Part shown: positions 11,608 through 22,326 of the stretch, piece by piece
Numbering within the stretch: position 1 is the stretch's first letter
Layout: each line of letters opens with the position of its first letter
Source of the DNA: Spongospora subterranea f. sp. subterranea
Taxonomy: Eukaryota
Direction: 5' to 3'
NCBI GenBank assembly: GCA_049724395.1
Contig: JAUGWO010000063.1
Span: 1 to 64,000 of the forward strand
Length of the DNA: 64,000 nt
Position numbers and translations under genes: made by a program
The notes under the pieces: generated by a model
What the model saw: the letters and a program-made list of their open reading frames with translations, nothing else
The model's database searches: none
What the model was told of the DNA's origin: nothing

Positions 11608-13816
11608 GGAAGTTCAAATTCCTATGATCCGTAAAAAGCAGAAAGGGTTTAGAAGATTGAACTAAATAGTCCAATTTCCTAACTGTGTCCCAGATAGCGA
11701 ATGCTTCCTTATCTGGCGTAGACCAGTTCAATTCTGATCCATGGAATCTGTGTCCGCAGAATCCCAACGGTTCATGTCTCTGATCATGGAACGGCAGTTT
11801 CCCAACATCCTCATGTGGAATCTGTGTCACCATACCAGAACTATGATATTGACTCGCATCAGTGAACACACATTGAACCATATCCTCGTCAGGATAGTTC
11901 AGCTGAGTTCGTCTACTGATCGCAGCCTTCATACTGTTGAATGCTTCATCATGAACAGCATTCCAACCAAACGCGCTCAATGAAATTCCCTTGGCCACCG
12001 ATTTGGTCCTTTTCGGCTGACCTTTCATTGCGTTTTCATAGATATTCTGCAATGGCAGAACTAATCTATTATAATCTGGAATGGCTCTACTCATCCATTG
12101 AATAGCCATAACAAACTGTTGCAAGTCTCGCGCTGTCGTTGGCTTCTGCATATTTACTAATGCCTCAACTCTAGCCGGATCATGCCTCACACCCTCAGGA
12201 GTGAATATTCTTCCACAGAATTTGGCCTTAATCTGGAACAATTCACACTTCTCTAAGTTGAATTTGATATCGTGTTCCTGTGCCAATTTAAGTGTCGTTT
12301 CTAACACCTGGAACCACTTCTCTTGAGTGTCTGCGTGTCCCAATATGTCATCAATCCATATTATTAATGATTGATACAGCAGTTCCCTATATATCTCATG
12401 CATTCTAGCTTGGAACTGTGTGGCAGAATTCAGTGCTCCCTGAATGGATCTCGTTGGAGTGTAAACCCCTCGATCAGTCATAAAAGAAAACATTTCTTTG
12501 CAATCGGCGTCAAGTGGCATCATCCAGAAACCTTTGAAAGCGTCTAGAGAAAACCAATATTTGGAGCCACCCAAATGCTTGACTATTGATTCCAGAAACG
12601 GCATGGGCCATGCAGTTGCCTTGCATAGAGCGTTGACTTCTCGCAAATCAACCACCATACGTAATCCTTTACCACCGGGTTTTCTGACCACCACAACCGG
12701 AGAGGCCCACTCACAATTGTAGTTTTCATAAACCAATCCATATTTCTCCAGAAGGCTGACAAATGTCGCCAGGAACTCACTATGTTCCTTGCTGTACCGT
12801 CGGGATTTGCACCTAACAGGTTCAACTCCTTCCCTCAGGTTCGTTACGAAAGGAGTGACATTTGCAGGTGGATCAGGTCCCAGCGACCTTCTCCAAACAG
12901 TTTGATACTTCCATATCAACATCCTTAGTCGACTTTGCCATTCTATAGGCAATCCGTTATCAATAGCACGAGACATCATGTCTTCCATTGACTTCAAACT
13001 GTCTTCTGGGAAATCTTCCCCAATAATAATATCATCATCGTTGTACAAATCCCAATGACTGATATTATCCTCATTGTTGGCGCCTAATGTCTTCTTTAGA
13101 ATTAGCGACTCTAGAGCATCCTTAGGATTTATCCCCAGCTCTTTCAACAAATCTTCACCTAGCAATATTTCATCTAATGGTGAATCCCACAGCAAACATC
13201 TCCGGTTCCGAATGATCAGTTCGCCCGTTGCTGTATACAGGGTCAGATCAGCCAACATCTCATGTGTTGCTTCCGCCACTGTCTTATCTGGCAATATTAA
13301 CTTAATTGCCTTTGCCAGTTTCCTTATACCGATCTTATCATCGAGCCTCTGCGCTTTCTTCGCAATGCTCATCGGTATAACTGTCGACTGGGTACCACTG
13401 TCTAATAACCCTGGAAATATCATTCCTGCAGTCGACACTCTAACACTCAACTGTTTGTCTGCAGTTGACGGTTCGTGCATTTCTGACACTTTGTAGAAAT
13501 CACTACTGTTGGATCCTGTCGTAGTCCTGACATAAAGATCACCGTTCTGTTGGCTCTCTATGCTAGCAACTCCAATCCGACAAATCCTCATATACTGTCC
13601 ATCGCTGTATGGTTTATTCTTAAACAAAACTTTCATTTTGTCTTTGTGTTTAACCAAGAGCGATTCCATCTCTGTCTTCGATGGTTTCTGTGGACACTTG
13701 GACATACTATGTCCTTCCAAACCGCAACACAAACATAAGAACTTTCCATTCTTATGCTTAACGTTTTTTTCTGACGCCGGGCGTTGTCTCACCTCGGGTT
13801 GCAGTTTCCTGGACAA
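11600..13816 (-). CDS. Gypsy polyprotein part 1: CCHC knuckle, aspartic protease, reverse transcriptase, RNase H
   Basis: CLCCGLEGHSMSKC; LLDSGT; SLDAFKGFWMMPL; RT motif IIWIDDIL; FTDAS..EAFAI..TDHRNL. Confidence 0.9.
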   Translation of the reverse strand: MSRKLQPEVRQRPASEKNVKHKNGKFLCLCCGLEGHSMSKCPQKPSKTEMESLLVKHKDKMKVLFKNKPYSDGQYMRICRIGVASIESQQNGDLYVRTTTGSNSSDFYKVSEMHEPSTADKQLSVRVSTAGMIFPGLLDSGTQSTVIPMSIAKKAQRLDDKIGIRKLAKAIKLILPDKTVAEATHEMLADLTLYTATGELIIRNRRCLLWDSPLDEILLGEDLLKELGINPKDALESLILKKTLGANNEDNISHWDLYNDDDIIIGEDFPEDSLKSMEDMMSRAIDNGLPIEWQSRLRMLIWKYQTVWRRSLGPDPPANVTPFVTNLREGVEPVRCKSRRYSKEHSEFLATFVSLLEKYGLVYENYNCEWASPVVVVRKPGGKGLRMVVDLREVNALCKATAWPMPFLESIVKHLGGSKYWFSLDAFKGFWMMPLDADCKEMFSFMTDRGVYTPTRSIQGALNSATQFQARMHEIYRELLYQSLIIWIDDILGHADTQEKWFQVLETTLKLAQEHDIKFNLEKCELFQIKAKFCGRIFTPEGVRHDPARVEALVNMQKPTTARDLQQFVMAIQWMSRAIPDYNRLVLPLQNIYENAMKGQPKRTKSVAKGISLSAFGWNAVHDEAFNSMKAAISRRTQLNYPDEDMVQCVFTDASQYHSSGMVTQIPHEDVGKLPFHDQRHEPLGFCGHRFHGSELNWSTPDKEAFAIWDTVRKLDYLVQSSKPFLLFTDHRNLNFHV

Positions 13817-14929
13817 ATCTGTGGCATATCTCTAACGGCACTGTGCCGCAGCCCTCTATTGTCGCAGTTTTTCACGGAGTTTCGTTGTCTGAAATCTGCC
13901 GATCCCATGGTCCTGCTCTGACCTGGTCGTTCAAATCACCGATTTGTTGACCGTTGACTGTCCCTAGTCTACCCACAACCAACAGGTTTTGAATCTGTTG
14001 CTAACGTTGTCGAGTCCATGTGTCCATCATACATAACAGACACTATTCGTAATACACAACTATTGTATAAATACGAATCATCCAACAATCAGTATCAACC
14101 AGTCCATGCCATTTCTGACACCCGGTGTCGTCCCTGATCTATCCTTCCCTTTGTATAGAAATGACATACATTTTCATACTAAAGAATTCTTTGTAACATA
14201 CATCGGTATACACTGGTCAGGTGGATTACTATAGATGCTATTTACACACAATAGATGTTCCTATTCCGAGCCAATATACTCTCTGTGTATTAGATCCGAT
14301 ATCTGGTCCGTAAAGTCCGTCAGGAACTCCGTTGCCAGCTATATCCAATACAATAGGGTAGCCTGTCGTAGGCTATAACATAGGGTCAATACGTTGACAC
14401 ATATGTTACAGTCAATAAAGTAATCGGCTGTAAACCAATCATGATCGTGACCGGTGCGAAACCTATTCGAGGCCGTACACGATGATTGAGGCTCATGATC
14501 ACCAGCGGCAAGTGAGGTGGCCAGTTTTTTAATGAAAGGCGGAACTCTGATATAGGAGAAGACGATTTACGATTTCAACGCGCCCAGGGTGAATACGCGA
14601 TCACGAAGTAATGGTTGATGTGTTGATGAGAACACAATTCGTCAAGGAGAGGATTTTTGAATTGACTTCCCTGATAAGATACATGAAAATGCACGATGCT
14701 AAAGTGTTAAACCCATCCACCAAAGAGGATAACCATAACCGAATGATCGGCTGACGCTGACGGAATAAGTTCAATAAAATTGCTAAAATCATTTCTTAAA
14801 ACAAGACGTAATCATAACAGCTGCTGTATGACCAGGATTGTGTTTTGACTTCATTATTGGTAAACAGTCGTAGGGGATACACTTTGAAAACAATAATTAC
14901 AGATTCCACAATTGGAAATGCTCCCCGGT

Positions 14930-17900
14930 TGTTATGAACCAAGCCAGTTTAGGAGCTCGGACGGGAACTGGAGCGAGGGCGGGAAAGTGGCGAGGGCGCA
15001 AATTAGTGGCGAGAGACGGGGACTAGGGCGAGGGGCAGGAACTGGAGCGGGAGCGGTCTAGGGGCGAGGACCAAGAACAATGAATTTGATTCAATAACGG
15101 CGTTAGCTCAGTTCGGTTTTCACGACAAAGTGTGTATTACTGTAGATACTATGTAACGTGACAGTCACCTGGATAACGTGACAGTCACCTGGATAAGATC
15201 AATAAATGGTGCCTTAATGGGTTACGCCTCCTGACATCACATTCCCTTCAGATATAGGTCCCGGTCTGGTAGGAGATTGCAAATTGTCAGCTTGCTCGGC
15301 TACCTGTAATGCTGGGGTGGCAGAAGACAGCACGTCTTTCGCCGGCTCCCATGTTCGATCGCATTCCTCATATCCTTTCCAATGGATCAGGTACAGCAGT
15401 TGCCTTCTATAAATTCGTGAATCCACGATGCGTTCGACCTCATACAGTGGATGTTGGTCGTCATCGATCATGATGGGTTGAAACGGTCGACAACCATCAG
15501 AATGGAGTCGGAGCCGCGTGATTTTGGAAGTTTGACTATGACATCCATCGATATTGAAGACCAATGTCTTGGGGGAATAGGTTGTGGCAGGAGCATACCC
15601 GATGGCTGGTGTGGGGTGTTTTTTGATCGGGCGCAAACATCGCAAGACTTGACATAATTGCGAATTCATTAAATGCATTCCAGGCCACCAGAAATCACGG
15701 CATACGAGTTCTTGAGTTTTCGCAATGCCAAACTGGCCCGCTAGCGTTGAATCGTGCCTAGTGGTGAGAAGCCTTAGACGATCTGAGTGTTGGTGAATAT
15801 ATTTTCGCCGTTAAAAGAACAGATCACCGTCATGGGAAGAGAAATGTGAGGATCGTATTTGTCTAGTCCTAAATTTGAAAGGTGTTTTATATGTGTATCC
15901 GCTCTGGTTTCTGAAGGGTTGGCAAATTAATAGTGTTGATGAATATTTTAGAGTGAAGGACAGAACGAGGCACTGCAGATTTGCAATGATAGTTCGAACG
16001 TCTGGACAGTGCGTCGGACAGTGCTTTTACATTTAAATGTCCTGGTCTGTGTTTGATACGAAAAAAGGATCCAAGAAATGAGCTCATAAACCACTGAAGG
16101 TTTCGGTGGTCACTCCAAACAGTGATAGGCTCCGCGGCGCCATCCAAATAATGCCTCCATTCTTGAAAGGCAGCGACGATTGCTAATAGTTCCTTATCGT
16201 AAATTTCGTAGTTCTAGCTCAGACCGATTGAGTTTCCGAGAAAAGTATGCAATGGGGTGTTCACCTTCATCGTGAGTTTGTGAGAGAACGGCGCCGAGGG
16301 CGAAGTCGGATGCATCAGTTTCCACAATAATAGGCAGAACAGGGTTAAACGTAGTTAGAACTGGAGCAGAAACGAAAGAGCGTTTTAACATATCAAAGGA
16401 AATTTGACATTGGGGAGTCCACTTGAAGGTTGCATGTTTGTGTGTTAGTTCATATAAAGGCATACAGGTTGACGCGAAATTGGAAATAAATTGTCGATAA
16501 AAATTTGCAAATCCTAAGAATGATTGAAGTTCCTTGACAGAGGGGGGTTGGGGCCACGAATTAACAGCATTGACACGGGCTGGGTCCATTTTGACAAATT
16601 TGTTGGAGATTACTATATCCCAAAAATTGAACCTATGAAGCGTGAAAAGCACATTTTTCCATTTTAACGTACAGACCTTGTTCCCGTAACACTGCCAGGA
16701 CGGAGCGAACGTGATTTATGTGATCAGCTTCTGTATCAGAATATATCAATATATCGTCCAGGTAGGAGACAATAAAAATTCCAATAAAACCACGAAATAC
16801 ATCGTTCATAAAATGCTGAAAACAGGCTGGGGCATTCGCTAAACCGAAAGGCATAACTAAGTATTCATACAATCCGAAAGCACAACGGAATGCCGTCTTC
16901 CACTCATGCCCTTCTTTGATGCGTACCAGGTTATAGGCTCCTCGCAGATCAATTTTTGTAAATATTTTCCCTCGCGAGGCCTGTGATAACAGGTCTGAAA
17001 TCAATGGTAATGGATATCTGTTCTTAATGGTCAGCACATTGATTTTACGAAAGTCGACGCATAAACGAAGCGTTTTGTCCTTTTTGGGGGACAAACATGA
17101 CTGGAGAACTGCAAGATGACTTGGATGGTCGAATAAACCCTTTCTGCAGGTTCTCATTGAGGTGTTCACGCAGCGCTTCCGTTTCTTTTTGCGATAGACG
17201 GTAAATTGGTCCGAATGGGGGAGCGGAGCCAACATGGAGGTCGATTGAACAATCATAGGGACGATGTGGCGGTAGTATATCAGCCTTTTTCTTTGAGAAG
17301 ACATCTGTGAAATCGCGGTAGTGTTCCGGAAGCATGGGAAGGGAATTTTTCATTGCTGGGATGACTGACATTGATGCTAACGGAATGTCTGGGGAGTCAG
17401 CGTGAGAAACTCTCAACTTGCCAGTTCGCCAGTCTATTTGTGGATTGAACTTCTGTAACCAATCATAACCAAGAATAACGTCGAACTGTGATTGAGGTAG
17501 AATAAAAAATTTCCAATAAAAACAGCTGTCCCCGATTTGAACGTCAGTCGCCGATTTTTCACTGACATTCGTTCCCAAGCGATCGGTAAAACAGGAAACC
17601 CGGATTGCTCCCTTTAGTTTTGTTCGTTCTAACTGGGAAGTAGAAGCAACGGATGAACTAACGAAACTGGCGCCAGCCCCGCTATCCACCAATATTTTCA
17701 CTGGAGCACTACAGTGATGAGGCCCTACGCGCCCAGTAATGATAAACCCAGAGTAAGGCTGATGAGTAGAGTTTAATGAGAACGATGATTGACGATTAGT
17801 CAATGCAGGGCACTTTGCAATCATGTGTTGACCGCCACAGTACAAGCAAAGACCGAGTTGGCGACGGCGGCGCCGCTCTTCATCACGTGGATTCGTATCT

Positions 17901-18058
17901 CGGGGAGGCGTGTTAGGCAATGGCGCTGTTACCGGGGTGGCAGGGAAACGAACCGCTATGGTGGCCGCTGCTCGAATCACATCATTCAGCGTGAGGAGTG
18001 AGGCAGTTCCGCATGTCTCTGCCATCAGGAGCATATGTTCGACATTGGAATCGAGACC
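14930..18058 (-). mobile_element. 5'-truncated chromovirus (third family) with integrase core deleted
   Basis: Putative 3' LTR 14930-15241 (TGTTATG...CATCACA) with PPT at ~15242-15250; chromodomain 15214-15678; RNase [26 protein letters not shown]; protease ILVDSGA; knuckle [14 protein letters not shown]. Confidence 0.9.
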
Positions 18059-18505
18059 TGTTAGGAACTGCGCCCGAGATACACAGTTACCAACTGACCC
18101 AAAAGGTACTATGATGGCACAAGGCCATCATTTTCGGGTCCTTATATACCTAAGACTTTTTGGATCATGACAGAATCCCCCTGTTTAGGAGCGACCCCCA
18201 TGACCTTCCAGCCCCCGTGCGACTTCCTAGATTATCCTCTGACTGGTGAGCATAGAAACGAGATAACACAGTTGAGAGAGAGAAGGAAGAAGACGAAACA
18301 ATCCAGTCAGGCGGGGAAGTCTGACCACGAAAGGTATATAAGGCAACCCCCATGCCGTTACATGTAAGCCGCGAGTGACCCCAAAATGCTGTGAACACTA
18401 AGGAAATCGAACTCACGACCTTGATAGCCATCATACTGTTAGGAACTGCGCCCGAGATACACAGTTACCAACTGACCCAAAAGGTACTATGATGGCACAA
18501 GGCCT
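18059..18505. repeat. LTR-like segment (~378 bp) followed by a partial tandem copy of its first ~69 bp
   Basis: TGTTAGGAACTGCGCCCGAGATACAC... starts at both 18059 and 18437; interrupts the Gag region of the preceding element. Confidence 0.6.
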
Positions 18506-18579
18506 CATTCTCGACCGTACGACGACCGTACTACCGACCGTACTACTGACAACGTATATCATTAATAAACGATTGAAGC

Positions 18580-19756
18580 TATGGGAGACAACGAGAATGA
18601 TCTCAACCAGTTTCACAGATCTTAGGAAGAACATTCCGCATGAAAGACCTAGGCGAACTCGACGAATTTCTAGGCGTAAAGGCAAAACGAACGGAGCAAG
18701 GCATCGTCCTGACTCAAGAAGCCTACATCAGACGAATAACAGAACATTTCGGTCAAGCAAACTGCAAACCGACACCGCTACCAATGGCAAAGTCTTTCGA
18801 ACCTGAAGATGAAGACAACAACATCTCAAAAGACTATCCTATCAGGGAGGCCATAGGTTGCTTGATGTACCTGGCCAACTCATCTCGCCCAGATATCGCT
18901 TTCGCTACAAATCGCGTTAGCAGGCACGCATCAAAGCCCACGAAACACCTATGGAAAGCGATTCAAGGTATTTTAAAGTACCTACGCATCACATGCACAT
19001 TAGGTCTTCATTTCACCAGGTCCAATTTACGAATCCAAGGATGAGCAGATAGTGATTATGCCGGCGACAAAGAAGATCGTAAATCGACAACCGGTTGGCT
19101 ATACAAGCTATGTGACAACACGGTATCATGGAAAAGCCAAAAACAAAAGGCGGTGACACTTTCGACAACAGAGGCCGAGTATATGGCCGCGTCTGACGCC
19201 GTAAAAGAGGCGATCTGGTTACAAGATTCAATGTTTGAACTGAAGCTCAATCAGAGCAAAACCTCAGTTATCAACCAAGATGACCAAGGGGCGATTTTCC
19301 TCGAAAACAACAGGTCGAGTAAATCCCGTACGAAACATATTGACGTACGGCACCACTTCATTCGAGAGAAGGTCGAAGAAGGAAGGATCATGGTCAAATG
19401 TTGCCCCACCAGCGAGATGGTCGCAGACATATTGACCAAACCTTTGAACAAGGAGGAATTTACGAAGCAACGGGCTTCGTTGATGAACTCGAGCACCAAC
19501 GCCGAGAGCGTGAGGTCCGAATTGAGGTGCGACACCGCGACAACGAAGGAGCGTGTCAGATTCCAGGAGTCACTATCTCGGTGAATGACACATGAATCAA
19601 TTCGGCAAGATGAATCATCATCAATAAATCACTTCTCTAATATACCTTCACTGGATACCTACTATAAGTCTACTATAGCTACTGCTCATTTGTTTGCTTC
19701 AGCAACATAACCTGTCCTACGACCACACCAATGGGACCTGCCCCCACCTGATGACA
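18580..19756 (+). mobile_element. Ty1/Copia 3' fragment (RT C-terminus, RNase H, PPT, 3' LTR)
   Basis: MKDLGELDEFLGV, LTQEAYI, YPIREAIGCLMYLANSSRPDIAFA, *ADSDYAGD..RKSTTG, STTEAEY, KHIDVRHHFIRE, MVADILTK; in-frame TGA at 19042-19044; LTR starts TGTCAG at 19554 (end 19707 or 19756 uncertain). Confidence 0.9.
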
Positions 19757-19760
19757 TTGC

Positions 19761-21398
19761 CTATCCAGAGTTTGGTACCGGTGCATTATCTTGCATCATG
19801 GCATTCACAAACATGATGTCCCACATACGAACAAGCCGGATGTGTACACGAAGGCAAAGCTCGTTGACATTATTTCCGCTGCGCCCAACAAAACGGCGAT
19901 CCATTGAAGGATCGTTGGAGCTCCGGGTCTGGTTCAGCAACATAACCTGCACATTTCGCCACACCGATTTGGGATCAAGGGCAGGGTTGCCTATCACGCA
20001 GGGAGATTTTGAAGGAACTAGGTATTACACTGCCAGGTATTTTACATTGATGTATGCTGCAGGCAGGCAATTAGTTGCTTTGAAAATTTTCGGCATAGAT
20101 CAAAACTAACGAGTAACAAACCCGCGCCACGAATATATTCTCCAAAACGATGGTGCACTTGAGCAAGCGTTTCGAAGCTGGCCAGAGAATTGCGTCAAGA
20201 AAGAGCTTTCGAAAGGACTAAGAATCACACCTCTGACATCGTGGATAATTCACGATATCAAGTTATATGCGGCCAACGCGTTTGCAAAAATCCTTTCATG
20301 TGGCTAGAAACATCTCTTGAAAACAGGCTTCCGAGGATGTTCATAAACAAGTATCCTTTGACGTACAGGTCAGTAATCGTCTTGATGGGCATATGGAATA
20401 TTCACCCGACCACAGCGTACTTTTATCTGCCATAACGGGCACATACAACCCATCCAGAAACCCGGTGTCCAGCGCTGGTTCGTCCTGGTATGTTCTTTTG
20501 TGAAAAAACAGGTTATCAGTCAGTAAGTTTGCTGTCCATAAATCTAAGAAATTACTATCATCCCAAAACCAACAATGTTCATAACTGTGCAGGCGGTTTT
20601 GGACCTTCTACTATCTGCTGGTGCCTTTGAAATGACCAACCGACTTTGCTCAGACCCGGCCTGTGATATGGTAGAGGCTGAAAGCCTGTTCCGTTGCTGT
20701 GTATTCATATGGTTTCAGGTTCTTACGAAAGATGTTCGCGAGATTGTATCAATGCCAGAGAATATCATGTTGATCGAGCTGCCAGTAGAGTGTGCATCTG
20801 ACAGCTTGATGTGTAATGAACAAGTTACTGCTAACGGGTTCCACTGGCGTCTTTTTGCTCGCATCTCATCCAAATTGGACACATGTTCACATTTTTATGC
20901 CCACATCTTGCGTCAAGAAACCGTCAAAATTCCTGGTCGGTATTATTACAACGACCTGGAGAACGACGGCAGAGCCTGTTATGTGGAAGGCAAATTTGAA
21001 ACCCGAAGTCTCTCTTATTATGTGTTCTATGTTAAGATTTAATACAATGAGAAGAATGCATTTCTGACAGCCGCTTGATAGGATGTGCCCCGCTTGAACA
21101 ATTTCAAGAAAAAAATGAAAAAGTTGTGATAGTTTTTCCTTTGTAATTAGAGAACGTAATGGGAGAGACGACAGCTTTCGAAGCTGCCTTCCACATAGCA
21201 GCTAGCATTGAGATGTGGCCGGCCTGTTGTGTGAATTAACGGTGTTCGTCGCAGCATTATGTGAGAAACTGAATCAGCTTTGTAGAAAAAAGAGTTAAGA
21301 CACACTATGACTTTGAAGTTTCAAATTTTGGGCCAGTTTCTAAGCAATTTTGCAGGTTTTGGCCAGCTAGTGCGGCCAGTGAATTCTGTCACACCCTA
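19761..21398 (+). pseudogene. Degraded DNA-transposon-like relic: GCM/WRKY-like His motif and a USP-like cysteine protease remnant
   Basis: Frame from 19761 reads RCIILHHGIHKHDVPHTNKPD; near 20295 SC/WLETSLE across a frameshift; ORF 20575-21042 has SHFYAHI..RYYYNDL..YYVFYVK, resembling a His box. Confidence 0.35.
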
Positions 21399-21400
21399 GT

Positions 21401-21483
21401 TAGGGTGTGAATTAACTGGCCGCAATCGCTGGCCTACTTTGATCAATCAGGCCAGTGAATGCGGCCGGTTAATTCACACCCTA
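21401..21483. mobile_element. 83-bp foldback/MITE with TAGGG-type terminal inverted repeats
   Basis: TAGGGTGTGAATTAACTGGCCGCA ... TGCGGCCGGTTAATTCACACCCTA; a second TCACACCCTA end at 21398; GGCC-rich flanks. Confidence 0.6.
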
Positions 21484-21879
21484 CCAGCGGCCTACAGAAA
21501 ACACTGGCCACACTAACTGGCCAAGAAACTGCGGCCAGTTAGTGCGGCCAAAGCCCGTGGATGGTCGGCCAGTGGTCGGCCCTTGTCCATGTGGGTGGCG
21601 TACACTGACGGGGGATCACCCCTCCTGTCACTGTCACATGAACTGCGGATCGGCGATTTCAAGAAAAATATCACACTGCGGTCGGTTTCTCGAGTCAACC
21701 CTAGACTGGGCGACGTATACATCTGCGGCCGGCCATGTCGCTCCCTCGTCACCTGGCTGGCAGTGGGACTGCAGTGGCCACAATAGGGAAAGACCAACAA
21801 CGCCTGGACCTTGAGTGATCAAAAACATTTTCAATAACACAAGAACTGCACAGCATCAACAAATCTCGGTTTCCAAATC

Positions 21880-22326
21880 ATGAGTAAACAGCGGACCAAG
21901 AAGACGCAAGGAATTCGTGAGCGTTTCCAAGAATACGAACCATTAGTTGATCCAATCATTCCACAAGCTGTCCCGTCATTACAAACAATGAGACATTTAC
22001 AAGGCATGCCGAAGGTGCCACACACTTTTGTTAAGAAGGGCGGTGGCGGTGGTCACGGCAGCAGTGGCGGCCGTGGCGGTGGCGGCCGTAGCGGTGGCGG
22101 CCGTAGCGGTGGCGATGGCGTATCTGGCAGAGGGGGAACTGTCGTCGGGGCAGGTGCAGGTGGAGGTGCCAATCACGCCACATCAAATCATTCTGACGCT
22201 GCGTCTTTATCTCCTCTCTCATCGATATTCGTGTTTGGTTTATACGCGATGTCGAGTCAAAACCCAATCAAAATCGTTGTGTGGATATGTTTGATGGCCA
22301 TATTCGTTTTGGGTTCCTTTCTTTGA
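21880..22326 (+). CDS. Small Gly/Arg-rich protein with hydrophobic C-terminus
   Basis: KKGGGGGHGSSGGRGGGGRSGGGRSGG..GAGAGGGA followed by two hydrophobic stretches; start codon uncertain. Confidence 0.4.
   Translation: MSKQRTKKTQGIRERFQEYEPLVDPIIPQAVPSLQTMRHLQGMPKVPHTFVKKGGGGGHGSSGGRGGGGRSGGGRSGGDGVSGRGGTVVGAGAGGGANHATSNHSDAASLSPLSSIFVFGLYAMSSQNPIKIVVWICLMAIFVLGSFL

Larger units (their letters stand above)
9130..14410 (-). mobile_element. Ty3/Gypsy LTR retrotransposon with identical 219-bp LTRs; pol with chromodomain; Gag capsid region absent
   Basis: LTRs 9130-9348 and 14192-14410 (TGTAACA...TGTTACA); PPT GAAAGAAGGAAG at 9349-9360 on the minus strand; ORFs 11600-13816 and 9634-11607. Confidence 0.95.

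Noticed and set aside
19042..19044. TGA in the Copia pol as programmed readthrough
   Set aside because: It lies at the RT/RNase H boundary of a truncated fragment, so ordinary decay is the simpler explanation.
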